A stretch of 64,000 nucleotides of DNA from the human T2T-CHM13v2.0 reference genome, Homo sapiens (GCF_009914755.1 NC_060947.1); one strand, 5' to 3'. Positions 48,328 through 62,669 are shown, counted from the first letter of the stretch. Program-made: numbers and translations. Notes: generated from the sequence alone by a model not told the origin.

Positions 48328-48631
48328 GGCTGGGCACGGTGGCTCACGCCTATAATCCCAGCACTTTGGGAGGCCGAGGTGAGCAGATCACAAGGTCAGG
48401 AGATCAAGACCATCCTGGCTAACACGGTGAAACTCCATCTCTACTAAAAATACAAAAAATTAGCCGGGTGTGGTGGCAGGCACCTGTAGTCCCAGCTACT
48501 CGGGAGGCTGAGGCAGGAGAATGGCATGAACCCAGGAGGCAGAGCTTTCAGTGAGCCGAGATCGCGCCACTGTACTCCAGCATGGGCAACAGAGCGAGAC
48601 TCCGTCTCAAAAAAAAAAAAAAAAAAAAAAA
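48328..48631 (+). mobile_element. AluY-like element
   Basis: Full dimer, long pure A tail, TSD GACTTCATTA. Confidence 0.95.
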
Positions 48632-49845
48632 GACTTCATTATAGGCAATTCATGCATTCATGCCCCACCTCACCCTCTGCATGAACCCACAATGACCCTA
48701 TGAAGTCACAATTTAGTGTAGGTAATAGACGAAGAAAACAGGGATTTTGTTTAATGGAGACTCAAAACACCAACCCTTATGGTCAATAGGTGAACAGTTA
48801 GTTCTACATATAAATGTGTGCATATCTGAGATGTACGGAGAATTTCTTTTTCTGCTTCTTTTTCATTACCCTTCACTCTTTCCTGGGACCTGCCTCTCAA
48901 TTGCCCTCCAGACTCCAAGCCTTCAGGCTTTCCTCTTTCCCGGATGGAAGTCTCATCCCAAAGAAGAATTTGAAAAATCCATTCATACGAAGCTCTAAAA
49001 GTTCATTAATGTAAATATTTCTAGGAGCTTGTTGCATATGCATCCATCTTCTATATTAAAGCAATGAGATCTTTTCAGAGCCCAGTCGACTTTTGTGTAC
49101 TGAGAAAACTCCTCAGAAAACATTCGTGGAATTAGGACAAAATTCCCTCTCCCAGGAGTATTCATATTTTAGCAAAGATGAAAGCCTCAAAGCCAAGACA
49201 ATGAAACCCTAATGGAGAGACATTGACCAGTAGGCAGAGGAAGCATTTCTGAATCAGTGAAGCCTTTTGTAGTCCTCCAAAAGATGCTACCTAGGTGGCC
49301 ACCTTCGTTAGTAATTCATTAGCCCAAGTTTCAAGCAATCTGGTTTATTCTTTGATACGCGGCAGTAATTCTCAGGACCCATGTGTTCGGTAGGATGAAA
49401 ACGGGTGTTGCACAGAATAAAGGAAACTGTGGTCACATAATTTTGGCACACACAAACAAAATTAAGCGGGTGTTTCTACTGAAGACTTTCTCGAGTATTA
49501 AATACACTGAAGTGTACTTAGGATCTTCAAGAGGAAAACGCATTCCTTGATGCTTCTCCAAGTCGATCTCTCTTAGCACCAAGCTCCGAGACACAGATCT
49601 TTAGCAGTGGTTCTAGCATTTAGATTCCTGGTGGACATAATAATTGTCTTGAGGGCTGTGGCAGCCATAGAGTTGCGTGGCTCGGGTCTTTCCCACCTGC
49701 TGTGGGGTGCGCGGTTGGATCGCATTGCTCAGATATTGCACCTTGATTCCACAACAATGTTCTTGCCAAGCCCAAGCTTCCCCTGGGCTGCTCCAACCAA
49801 TGACAGACTTCAGCAGCAGCACTAGAACTGGCCATTCCTCTAATG

Positions 49846-50057
49846 CAGGGTTCCCAGCCTCAGTTCTACTGACATTGGAAGCTAGGTAACTTTTTGTTTT
49901 GGGGGCTGTCCTGTGCATTGCGGGATGTCTAGCAGCATCCCTGGGCTCTACCCACTCGATGCTGAGAGCATCGTTTCCTGCAAGGTATAACAACCAAAAG
50001 TATCTCCAGACTGCAGAGTGTCCCTGGGAGCAGAATTGCCCTAGGCTGAGACCGTGT
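49846..50057 (-). mobile_element. MER20
   Basis: GGGGCTGTCCTGTGCATTGCGGGATGTCTAGCAGCATCCCTGGGCTCTACCCACTCGATGC. Confidence 0.88.
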
Positions 50058-50319
50058 GTTCTAATTGGCCATCTCGACTTGAGGACTCCCCCAGCAGCCT
50101 AGCTAAAATGTTGTCCAATCTACACTGTAGCCTGAAGTTCTTCCTACAAAGTCTTCCTTACTTTCTGCTCTCTTTTGACATGTGCTGACCCTGCATCACT
50201 GCCAGCTCTCCCACCTTCTGCTGCCCCCCATGCCTTTCTCCTTCACAGACATCATGTCCTCTAAAAGATATGTGTACCCAGATTCTGTAAAAGGGAACTT
50301 ATTTGAAACTTCTATGAAA

Positions 50320-51330
<1,011 letters not shown>

Positions 51331-51480
51331 GAGGGCCCTTTAAAACACAGATGGCTGGGCCCTATCCCTAAGCTTCTGAGTCAATAGATGTGGAACAGAG
51401 CCTGAGGGTTTGCACTTCTAAAACATCCCCAGGTGGTGCTCATGCTTTTGTTTCACGGAACACACTTTGAGAACCACTGA
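51331..51480. mobile_element. MER5A fragment
   Basis: GCTGGGCCCTATCCC..TTCTGAGTCA..TTTGCACTTCTAA..CACACTTTGAGAACCACTG. Confidence 0.8.
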
Positions 51481-53019
51481 ACTACAGGAAACCCTTGACA
51501 ACACATTCCTCTAAAGAATTCCTGGATCCTTCCCAGCCTTCCAGAATACCAAAATGCTCTCTCTGAAAAAGGTCCCTGAGACCACCTTTTCTTACCCATT
51601 CTCATTGTACTGAAGAGGGAACTGAGTCACAGGGAGGTGAGAGGATGCCTTGCAAAATCAAGCAGATCTCAGATCTGGATTTTGAGCCAGAGTTTGTTGA
51701 TTCACGCCAACACATCTGCCCACAAGGCCTGTCCAGCTTTCTCTATTTCTTCTAATCTCAGTCCTGCAAAATGTGGCTGGTATCAATTGCCAATGCAAAA
51801 GCAGCAGAGCATCCCACATCACAAAGCTAGAGTGCAGTCTCCAGTGGGAGAGGACGCCAGGGCCCCATAACTAGGATCGTGGGAGTGAAACGGGAACTGC
51901 TGTGGAGATTAAAATTGAACATACCCGATAGCTCAGTTCTGTCACCCTGATATGTCAACTGACAAAATTCAGCAAAGAGCTCCATTTTCATATATATAGA
52001 TTATAAGATTATAACCTATAGATTCTTTGCACTTTGAAGTGCAAAGAAATTATCCAATGTCTAATCTGAAGATGTCCCTAAACCTTAAATGTTGCGGCCT
52101 CTTTTTCAATAAAAATATCAGCACTGAGCTTTCTGCTCTCAGGAAGGCTGCAGCTTGTTGTGTCTAACACGGACCAGAATTGACTTGTTTTTTTGTTTTG
52201 TTTTTTTTTTTTTTGCCTTTCAAGTGTTGTTGAGTCTACAAAATGTAGAAAGAAAATTTGCCAGACTTTGTTATTGAATTGGCCGGCTTCTTAGCATTAT
52301 CTACGTTGTTCCATTTGAACAGAATAGGAAGAAGGACGATTTTGGACAAACATGGCCTAAAACACACTGACTCAACTTCTCTGTGCAGAAGGGATTTCTG
52401 GGCAGCACATGGTCCTCACATGCAGTCAAGTCTGGAAGCTTGGGAAGTTATGGGAGGCTCTTTTTTTTTTTTTTTTTAATTTTGCTGCCAATAACATGAC
52501 GGATCGAAGAAAGCAAATAGCTCTTTTATCACGTCACATAAATCCTTATGACTAATTTACTAGCACAGTCATCTCCAAAGAGCAAATGTGGATACTGGGT
52601 GAAATCTGTTACCATCAAAACCACCACAAATCAGGCAGTGATCAATGTTTTTGTAACTATGGAGAAAACAGCAATGGGAACCCATTTTCGCAGTTCCTGC
52701 GAATGTAGAGCAAGTGGCTAAATAGTCAATCGGTGGCTTCACTCAAAGATATTTTTCACTGTTTTCTTCTGGGCAGGGTGAACAGTGACAATGCATATTC
52801 TGAAAATTTATTTCAAATGGTCTAGGCAGTTTCTCTGGAAAAGTGGGCAGAATATTCCTGGGGACTAGGGAGAAGCCAACAAGCACTCACAAAAGTCAAT
52901 TTTCTCATCTGCAAAAGCAAAGGAATATATCTCCTCTGAGAAGGGCAGCAGCATGGAATCCAACACACCTAGGTGGCAGAAAGGTCTTGGGCAAGGATAA
53001 GGATTATGTCAGTGACCAC

Positions 53020-53200
53020 TGATTTATCCAGCCAGACACCATGCTCAGTACATTGCATAAATCGTCTCATTCACCCCTCGTACAATCCTGTAACTTACAC
53101 ACATTACTATTCCCATGTTTCAGTTGAGAAAATTCATGCTCAAAGAAATTAAACAATGTTCCCTAAGCCACATGGATTGCTGATAAATTGCAGAAGCCAA
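53020..53200 (-). mobile_element. MIR
   Basis: GCCAGACACCATGCT..TCTCATTCACCCCTCGTACAATCCTG..TACTATTCCCATGTTTCAGTTGAGAAAA. Confidence 0.7.
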
Positions 53201-54351
53201 GTGAATACTCACTTTAATCACATTCCACAATCTACAGCCTCAGTATAAGAGTAAACTGCCAACTTTCCTGTCCCACTCTTGTTCTTATTCCCAAAAGGAA
53301 TTAAGGCAACCCTTTAAAGAACCATTATGGTCAGTTTCAAAATAAATAAACAAACACACATAAGCAAGGAAAGTGGAGTATAGAGAAAAATATCATCAAA
53401 TGTGTGCTTGTATCCATTGCAGGGCAGCTACACTGTTGCATTTGAGGTCTCTGAGATTTTATTCTCAAGGTGAAGCATGTGTTTAAATAATATCTAGATT
53501 TCTAATAATTGGTTAAATGGAAGTATGGAAGTACATATGTGTTGTGAAATGAAATACATGTAATTCATCCCTACTGGTAAAATATTAAAACATATAATTT
53601 CATCTAATGGTCATTAATATTTGAAATTCAGGCAGACTCTTTAAAAAAAAAAAAGCAATTCATTTTGGGAATCAATGCAGAAATACTGTATTTCTTAATC
53701 ATCCATCCTTGCTTCCCACACTGTAGTGATCTTTAGCCTTGAGGGATTGCAAAGTCTTTCCTGGGCACCATAAGTTGGCCTCTGTTTTTACACACAACAC
53801 TGTCCTGAAAATGTATGCCAAAGGTCAGTATGACAAAAGTAAGCAACTGAACAATAGTTATACCCAGTGTACATAAGAGGACCTCTTTTCTTTTGAGGCA
53901 AATAGATAAAACACTGAGTTACACATTGTCCTTCAGACACAACCTTCAGCAATATACTTTCATTATGTTATACATGTTCATTAAGTTTATTTTTATTCAT
54001 AATTGATCATATATTCATTCTACCAGCTAAGAGCCAATGAACATTAGACAAGGGTTGAAGGTTTGCTACTTCTGATACATCTGTTGCTTTCATTTTGATT
54101 GCCATTGTGTTATATTTATAAAAGCTACACTTTCTACTATATTACTAGAATTTCCTTGGTTTTTTTCATCCATATTTATAGAAGAAAACCAGAAGAATAC
54201 AATATAATAGTAAAACAAATACGCCAAGACATATGCATCTATACCAAGACAGCCAATCTACTGAAAGGGAACTATGAGCAGCAACTGGCATCTCTAAGTC
54301 ACAGCTAGAAATGTCCACTCCTCAGCTGACACACACAGACTGCAGTATCTT

Positions 54352-54847
54352 TTTTTTGTTTTTCTTATTTTATATATATATATATAAAATTATACTTTCA
54401 GTTCTAGGGTACATGTGCACAACATGCAGGTTTGTTACATATGTATACATGTGCCGTGTTGGTTTGCTGCACCCATTAACTCATCATTTACATTAGGTAT
54501 TTCTCCTAATGCTATCCCTCCCCCATCCCCCCACCCCACAGCAGGCCCCGGTGTGTGATGTTCCCCGCCCTGTGTCCAAGTGTTCTCATTGTTCAATTCC
54601 CACCTATGAGTGAGAACATGCAGTGTTTGGTTTTCTGTCCTTGCGATAGTGTGCTGAGAATGATGGTTTCCAGCTTCATCCATGTCCCTACAAAGGACAT
54701 GAACTCATCCTTTTTTATGGCTGCATAGTATTCCATGGTGTATATGTGCCACATTTTCTTAATCCAGTCTATCATTGATGGACATTTGGGTTGGTTCCAA
54801 GTCTTTGCTATTGTGAATAGTGCCGCAATAAACATACGTGTGCGTGT
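54352..54847 (-). mobile_element. 5'-truncated L1PA (about PA4/PA5) insertion
   Basis: ORF2 C-terminus on the minus strand (MFIAALFTIAKTWNQPKCPSMIDWIKKMWHIYTMEYYAAIKK); perfect 16-bp TSD CAGACTGCAGTATCTT at 54336-54351 and 54848-54863. Confidence 0.96.
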
Positions 54848-55385
54848 CAGACTGCAGTATCTTAAAGGCAAGTTAGGAGTGTTGAAGTATAGTTTGCAAA
54901 AGTACATGATGTTTAAAAATATTAAATGTATGAAAGTTGAGGACTACTTATGTCATATAATTACAATATCCCCTGGCATAGACGGAACAGGCTTTATTTT
55001 CCCAATGCTATCAGAAAGCAAATGATATAAAGGAAAGAAAATCAAGATTATAGACCCATGAATGGAAAAGGGAAAGGTGTCATCGCCTGGAAGCATTTGT
55101 GTTCAACAAGTGAGCCAATTTGTATGCAGATATTCCTTCCATGCCCTATGTATGAGCAAGTCTTCTTAAAGCTCCGGATCTAGAATGACCAAGGTGGTAA
55201 GTTTTAGTCCCTAGAAAGGAAGGGTAAATGAAAACCAGCTCCCTGTAGAAGTACACAAGTTGGTTTTATACATCTGCCAAAAGGACAGCTGCATACGGGT
55301 ATCAGACAGTAAGACAGACTGACAACCTTTCTCAAATGAAATTAGAGGCATTCAATTCTGTCCTAATTAGCTCGCCCTGAAAGAT

Positions 55386-55610
55386 CAGGATTTCTCAACC
55401 TCAATACTACTATTGACATTTGGAGCCAGATACTCCTTTGTGGCAGGGGTATCCTGTGCATGAAAGAGTCTTCAGTAGCATCCCTGGCCTCTGCCCATGA
55501 GATGCCAGTAGCCATTCCCCACACTTGACAATCAAAAGTGTCTCCAGACATTGCCAAATGTCCTCAGGGAAAGAATGAGCCAAAATCATCGTGTCTCCAA
55601 CCTGCCCAGT
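55386..55610 (-). mobile_element. MER20
   Basis: CAGGATTTCTCAACCTCAATACTACTATTGACATTTGG..AGCATCCCTGGCCTCT..GTCTCCAGACATTGCCAAATGTCC. Confidence 0.88.
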
Positions 55611-55989
55611 AAGAGTCACAGCCTTAGATGATCAAAGCCCTTTAAGCCCACAATGGACTTGGGTATGCATGGGTCTGTTTGAAGGATTCAAGTACAAAGA
55701 ATTGCTTCCCAATCTGTTCCCTTGGCTGTGCCATGCACAAATAAGCCAATATTCATGGATACTATAAACCCACTCAACCCATCTCTCCAGCCAGATATTT
55801 GCTGAAGTTAGAATTTTATCACCCAGCCCACACACCCATGTGAATGATATGGGTTGGATTGTTAGTCTGAGTGATTTCTGAAACTGGAAATCTGTCAAAA
55901 GTTAGTAAAAGAACTACTATCCCCAAGTTTTGCTTAAATAGTCATTTAGCAAATTCAATGTTCTTTTAAAGTTCTTAGGATGCATTAGC

Positions 55990-56290
55990 TAAAATTAGAA
56001 ATTACCTAAATGGCAGGCAACAGAGTTGTAGTTAATTAAAACATAGTAAATCCTTAAAATGGAATCGCATGTCATCCTTAAATATATTTTTGAAGACTAT
56101 ATAATGACACAGGAAAGTGCCGAGGACATGGTGATAAATAAACTAACCAGTATTTAGAATGATATAAATACATGCGTACATATCGTGCTGTTCAAAAAAC
56201 TATGAGCATGATGTTGTCAGCGGCTATCTCAGAGTAACAAGATGTTGATGCTTTACATTTCCCTCTTTTTGCCTTCATTTTCCACATGTT
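55990..56290 (+). mobile_element. Highly decayed L1ME-like 3' fragment
   Basis: AAATTAGAAATTACCTAAATG..AATGACACAGGAAAGTGC..CGGCTATCTC weak resemblance. Confidence 0.4.
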
Positions 56291-57351
56291 CTTCATTGAA
56301 CGGTTAACTGTTACATAATTTGAAAGACCCAAACATTCTGTAAAACATGCTACCTATTAATTTATCCAAAACAAAAATCAAAAGTTAATTTTACATGCTC
56401 TCTTTTCCTATAAAATCCATCTTGGATGTTCAGTTTCTTACCAAATTATTGTTTTGCTCAATAATTGGCAATATTGATTGCCAGCTGGTGGCAAACACCA
56501 TAATGACTGTGTTTGTGAATCAGAACTAACACTTTCTTCCCACCCGTGGTACAAATGGAAAAACACAAACAACACAGCACCCTTCTTTGCTGGAAGCATG
56601 GCGTCCCTTGCAACTGTCTTGATTCTGTTTGGCCACGAGGTAGCAAACACTAGTACCAATGCATAGATCTCCAACATTCATTTCTAAACAAAAGCCACAA
56701 AGAACAAACATCTCCACTTCAAAGAAAACTTATGAGTCAGATAGAGTCTAAGACATGACAAACATTTTTTTAAAAACACTGAAGAACATGACTAAGATTA
56801 GGAGGCATGAAGGATGATTGGAAAAGCGGGCAGCTTGGTGAGGATGTGAAGGGCAGCCGGGGAGAGGAGTTCAATGAAGAGCAACTCTAAAGGCAGGAGT
56901 GTGTCCCAGGTGCACAGCCAGAGTTCCAGCAGATGGTAGTGGAAGGTAAACCAGGCATGCAAATTAGAGGGGACCACCAGGACCAGGGCAGAAAGGGGGT
57001 GAACAATTTCTTCATCATTCTTCAGAAGAGTTATATTCTTACCTGCAGACCAGAAAAATAGGAAACGACCTGTAATGGTTGGAACAGAAGCCAGGATTGA
57101 GCTTCATCTCCAATCTCTGCTATTACTCCTTGTAAAAAATGTTTAGGGGACTATAATGAGTCCATGATTACCATTGCTTTGATCATTTCACTGTTACTTG
57201 TGGGGGCAAGTAAAGAACAGCTTTTGACATTTTGTGCTTCTAAGTCTTCAACTCTAACCCACAAGTAAGTGAGCTTTGGGTACCACATGAAGAATTTCAG
57301 AACAAGAATTTTCTGAAATGAAGGCAACTAAACTCAGAAATGTCTTTTGCA

Positions 57352-57667
57352 GGCCGGGCATGGTGGCCTATGCCTGTAATCCCAATACTTTGGGAGACAA
57401 GGCCAGAGGATTGCTGGAAGCCAGGTGTTCAAGACTAGCCTTGGCAACAAAGTGAGACTCCATCTCTACAAAAAATTTAAAAATTAGCCAGATGTGATGG
57501 CGCATGCCTGAAGTCTTAGCTACTTGGGAGACTGAGGCAGGAGGCTCACCTTAGCTCAGGAGGTTGACACTGCAGTCATGATCGTACCCCTGCACTCCAG
57601 CCTGAGTGACAGAGAGAGACCCTGTCTCTAGAAATAGGTATATAAATAAAAAATAAAAATAAATAAA
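57352..57667 (+). mobile_element. AluJ element
   Basis: GGCCGGGCATGGTGG..GAGGATTGCT..TGCAGTCATGATCGTACC..GACCCTGTCTC with (TAAAA)n tail. Confidence 0.9.
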
Positions 57668-59329
57668 CGCCTTCTGGAGAAGGCCAGAACATCTCCATCC
57701 TTTGTGTCTAGTACATTTGCTGACATTGCCAAACACACAATTTCTCTTGGGCCCATTTTCTTATCAGTAAAACAAAGGACTCAGGAAAGAAATTTTATGG
57801 TCCTCTCCAATTCTGAGATTCCAAGGTCCTAGAATTCTTTACCACATAGCCTATATTTCCATCTGCATGGAACAGAGTAGGTAGGATCAGATCCAAAATG
57901 CAACTCAATTCACTTCTACTCACTCAACATTCAAAATTCATCCCACAAAAGTTGAACACAAAATTCAACTCAATTCACTCAACACTGTGTTGAATGCATC
58001 TCTCTTGGAATACAGAGGTAGCTTCAAATTTCTCAAGTGGCTTCCCAACACCAGAATTCTGACACTTTCCATTTATCAGTGTGTCCCAGTGTAATAGGGT
58101 GACTCCTTGACTGTTCCTTGGATATTCACCTTTGTGTGTAGGCAAGCATCCTGCATCACCTCTTTTGACTTCCTTGGAAATAGCCTTGTTTGGTGAGATG
58201 CACACGTTCTGCAAAGACTCTTATACAAGTAAATAGCAGCAAATGATCGATGTTCCCACTTTGTTTCATATCAGAGCCAAACGTAGAGGAAACAAGCATG
58301 GCGCTCAACAACACTTGGCTTGGGTATCACGGCCTCTAGCAAATGCATTCCCAGGGTCAGCCAAAGTTCAGCTTCATTTCCATCTGAGAGACTTTGCTTT
58401 GGGTTTCAGAGCCCTGTTTGGCTGGATAACTCCACTTTGATCATTTTTTATTCTCCCTGCAACATGATTTCTTAAAAGCAATGCTCTTTACATCTCATTT
58501 GGGGGCTGCACTTAACACTGATCAAAGATAATGACATTTTCAGCAAATGAAAGATACCATTTCCCTGCTCTGTCTTTTTCTAGGGCAATTTGTTGAAGCA
58601 GATTTTAGGGAAGGCTAAAAAGTAGGGGAAGTGCTCCAACTTGTGTTGCTGTGGCAACTTCTACAGAAGCTCAGATACACTTGCTCTGCTTCATGAATGC
58701 CGCTTTACTTCTTAAAATATCGATTTCCATGGTGCAGAGATGCAATTAGTCAGGTCTGTAAAGGAGGAGGGTTTTTTTCTCTCTCTTAGATGCTGGAAGG
58801 TCAGGTTGAAATGAAACCTTTTCATCGATATAATAACAGTGGAGCTTAAAAAGCTATTCCAGGTGTGCTTGGATGGAGCAATGGGTGGTGTGTATGAAGG
58901 CATCCCACCCCAAAGACCAAAGCTGTCAGAGACCACCTGAAGACAATCATTTGAAGGGGGCAGGGGTGGGTGTCATTACAATGTGGTACTTAGCAGGCAA
59001 GCCAAGAAAGCCGCCTAGGAAATCCATTCTGTGGCACTTTGGGTGGTTCATAGAACGCTTTTAGGTTGCCTGTACAACTTATGAGGCTCTGTGGTCCTAG
59101 TCCCTGACAACTGTTGGGCCGGCAACAGGTACCGAACATTCGTTCTCTACAGGACAGGATGAAATGTCCAGTGGGTGCTGCCGGCAGAAGAAGAGGGAAG
59201 CACAATGCCTGACCTCAGGAATTGCATCATAAAATGGAAGAAAAGCACAAATAAATGACACGAAAACATGCATTGCAAAAAGACATCCTACTTCCTCCCC
59301 ATCCTCTTCATCCATTACATCACTGCCAA

Positions 59330-59790
59330 AGAGGCCTTCTAAAATGCACCACAGAATCCTTTCCAGGAACCAGCAATAGCCTCTTATTACCTACAGAATA
59401 AAATTGCATTCATCTGGGTAAAATTCTAAGCTTTCTTTCATGTGGCCCCAACTATATTATCATCATTTTTCTTCTGCGTGCCTTCTCCAACTGCCTGCTG
59501 CCGTATTGTTTCTGCATTGGCTTTCCCACATTGCCTTTGACCTTCTCCAACTTGGCAAATGTACTCAGCCTTCAAGGATGACGTCTGACTCCACCTCTTC
59601 CAAGAAGCCAACCCTGACTCTCCTTTTCTTTGCCCTTTGCTTTTACCTTTATTTTAGTATTTGTAAGCTACTTGCTCTCATGAGAGATTTCCTCCCTGAT
59701 ACTAGCAGCTCCTTGAAGGTGAACACTGTGCCATATTCAACTCTGCATTCTCCACAGACCTGAATAGGGTGCTTTGTACAAAGCAACTGC
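59330..59790 (+). mobile_element. L2 fragment
   Basis: TACTCAGCCTTCAAG..CACCTCTTCCAAGAAGCC..CCCTGACT..AGCTCCTTGAAGG. Confidence 0.65.
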
Positions 59791-60204
59791 AAAAAGTACC
59801 CACTGCACATACAGACTTGCAGACATGGGCATATGTCTGTGTGTGGTCAGTGCCCAGCTCTGCAGACCCAATGAAGTTTGGCAGTTGTGGGAGAGATTGG
59901 GCTGGGTTTGGGGTCAGATGGGGCTTGTCTAAGAAGATTAGATTACAGAGGAGTCCTGAGCAGTGTTTTGCAGAAGGAAAAGAGCTATCCTGGCGAATAA
60001 ATAACAGACCACAGGGGAACCAGTATGTGAAAATGCTGGAGGGCAGGAATAGAGGAGCCCTTCGGAACTTGGTCTGCCTGGAGTGCCAAGTATTAACTGA
60101 GATGTTCAATGCATTTAAAGGGAATAAAGGATTATTTTTAAACCCTCTCGTTCCATTTACCCTTCTTCCTTCCATGAAGGCTGCATGGCAGAATGGAAGG
60201 AATT

Positions 60205-60360
60205 GAGGCTTTGGAGCTGAGTGGCCTCGTTAGAGAGCCCACTTGTGTTGCTCACCAGCTGTGTGACAGAAATTACTTAACTTTTAGGAGCCTCAGTTTT
60301 CTCATCTGCAAAATGGAAGCAATACCTTATAGTATAGATTAAGCCATAATCATAGGGAGC
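60205..60360 (+). mobile_element. MIR
   Basis: AGCTGTGTGAC..TTACTTAAC..GAGCCTCAGTTTTCTCATCTGCAAAATGG. Confidence 0.85.
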
Positions 60361-60699
60361 TGCCTCACGTGCTGCACATAGACAGACAACAAAAATGTAC
60401 GTATTCACATTTTTCCCTGTTGGGTAATAATGTATAGAACATACATAAGAATTTAATTTCAGCACAAAGCGAATCTCAATGCTATCTGTAACTGTTAAAG
60501 AAAACTCTTTTACTATCTTAAATGCCTCTTTGCTTTTATGAACTCTGTTTCATAGTTAAAGTGGTAGCCATGAAGTCCAAGGACATTGTAACAGGATTAT
60601 AATTTGTAGGTGCAAACTCAGGACTGCCCTTGGAGACAAAAAAGGTACTTAAAATTGATGGTCACACTGGATTTAGTAACTCAAGTCCAAAGAATGGGG

Positions 60700-61170
60700 T
60701 ATGGAAAGACAAAACAACAAGTAACATCACAGCGGAGAACCTGGCAAATACCACCCTAACTGGGAAATCAAGGTCAACACCAGCAGTGATAAGTCATATG
60801 GATAGCAAGCGCCCTTGAAATCATGTGAGAAGAAGGGCACCTCGTGCCTGTGGTGTTCTTCCCCAAACCCTTAAATCCAGGCTAATCATGAGAAATACAG
60901 AAAAACACAAATCCAGGGATATTCTATAATATACCTTATCAGTCCTCCTCAAAACTGTCAAGGTCATCAAAAACAAGGAAAACCTGGAAAACTGTCCCAG
61001 CCAAGAGGAGACTGAGGAAACATGATGACTAAATGCAACGTGGGGTCCTAGATGGGATCCTGGGACAGAAAGGGAACATTTGTGAGAAAACTAATGAAAT
61101 TCAAATAAAGTCTGGAGTTTAGTTAATAGTAGTGGACCTATGCTGGTTTCTTAGCTGTGACAAATGTGTC
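60700..61170 (+). mobile_element. L1MC/L1MD 3'UTR fragment
   Basis: CTCCTCAAAACTGTCAAGGTCATCAAAAACAAGGAAA..CATGATGACTAAATGCAACGTGG..GATGGGATCCTGG..TTTAGTTAATAGT. Confidence 0.85.
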
Positions 61171-61626
61171 TCTACACATTTGTTGTAAATCTGAAATTTG
61201 CTTCACAATACAAAGTTTATTAATAATGTAAATAACTACACAAACAGATAACATCTGATGCCTGCATTTACCACCATGCGAAACAGGGGCCATGAACATT
61301 TGAGCTGGATGTTGGCAGAATCGAGGCTGCAGCCACCCAATCCTTAGGCCACCACACAAGCCTCAGATAGACGTGCCCAGCCTGACTGTCCTGTGGTCAT
61401 CACCTTGGAAACATGAATCCTGACTTCCTTTCAAGATCACTCCCTTCCCTACAATGCACACTACTGCAAAACTAGAATCTCAAGCAATCGTGTGTGAGAA
61501 CATGTGTGCAGAGGAAAAGAAACAGTTGTATTTGTTTATAATTGTTTTAAGATCCCACAATGCCAATCATCAGGATTTTTTTCCAAATTATTTTCAGCAT
61601 TGTACAATCCATATCCGTAAATGCTC

Positions 61627-61917
61627 TTTGTTTGTTTGTTTGTTTGTTTGTTTTTGAGACAGAGTCTCACTCTGTCGCCCAGGTTGGAGTGCACTGCACC
61701 CTCTGCCTCCCAGGTTCAAGCAATTCTCATGCTTCAGTCTCCCAATTAGCTGGAATTACAGGCATGAGCCACCATGTCTGGCGAATTTTTGTATTTTTAG
61801 TAGAGATGGGGTTTTGCCATTTTGGCCAGGCTGGTCTCAAACTCCTGGCCTCAAGCGATCTGCCCACCTCGGCCTCCCAATGTGCTGGAATTACAGGCAT
61901 GAGCCACCATGCCCAGC
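61627..61917 (-). mobile_element. Alu (S/J boundary type) with (TTTG)n tail and a small internal deletion
   Basis: Antisense dimer; GGAGTGCA joins directly to CTGCACCCTC. Confidence 0.92.
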
Positions 61918-62049
61918 CACATAAATGATCGTTGAATAAACATTTTCTTGAAGACAGATATTTCAATGTTGCCTTCACAAGTAGAGTAGAATGCTATCAT
62001 AATGAAGGTTTTCATTTACTTCTCATTAGTCCCGTCAGCAATACGGGGC

Positions 62050-62260
62050 ACTGGGAAGAAGCCAGCCTGCTGAACTGATTGCTGAATCCTGGGTGTTTAG
62101 ATCAGTCTCCCACTCTCTGGTTGTGTGCACCACCTAGCCAAGGGATTTGGTCTCAGTTTTCCAAATTGTCTAATAAGAGTAATATTCCTTATACCCTATA
62201 TTTGTTAGGAGGGATAAATATACATAAAACACTGGGCTTCAAAGGGCTAATAAATGCACA
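62050..62260 (+). mobile_element. MIR
   Basis: TCTCAGTTTTCCAAATTGT..AATATTCCTTATACC..TTGTTAGGAGGGATAAAT. Confidence 0.55.
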
Positions 62261-62632
62261 AATACGAATCTGACCATTTGGGCAGCAGTGAAGCCAATGT
62301 TTCCCTTTTGCCCAGAGACAGCGCAGAGAAAGAGTATAAACAAGACGGGATGTGAGCTTTGTGGAAAGCATTTGCAAAATCTCTCTTCAATGCTTTTCGA
62401 AGACCTGCTCCCACTGGATTGCTGTGGGTAGTTCTCAGGCTCAGTTCAGCTTCAAAATGCCATCCTTCAATTAAAATAGGGTCCCCTGTGTAACAGAAAG
62501 TGCCCTAGTTGCATGTTATAGAGAAATATTAGCAATGATTCTCCTCCAATATCCTCTTAAAAAACAAAAAATATAATTCTTATTGAAAGCAGCTTAACTG
62601 TCTTGAATATACAACCATTGCAAAGATGGTTT

Positions 62633-62634
<2 letters not shown>

Positions 62635-62667
<33 letters not shown>
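62635..62667. repeat. (GT)16 microsatellite
   Basis: Directly visible. Confidence 0.95.

Positions 62668-62669
<2 letters not shown>

Noticed and set aside
49360-49560. Possible old hAT-type fragment (and a possible ERVL LTR piece at about 50060-50300)
   Set aside because: Resemblance too weak to call without a Dfam search
57038-57070. Minus-strand mini exon ending in CAG|GTAAGA
   Set aside because: Isolated splice-like motifs with no coding or other support
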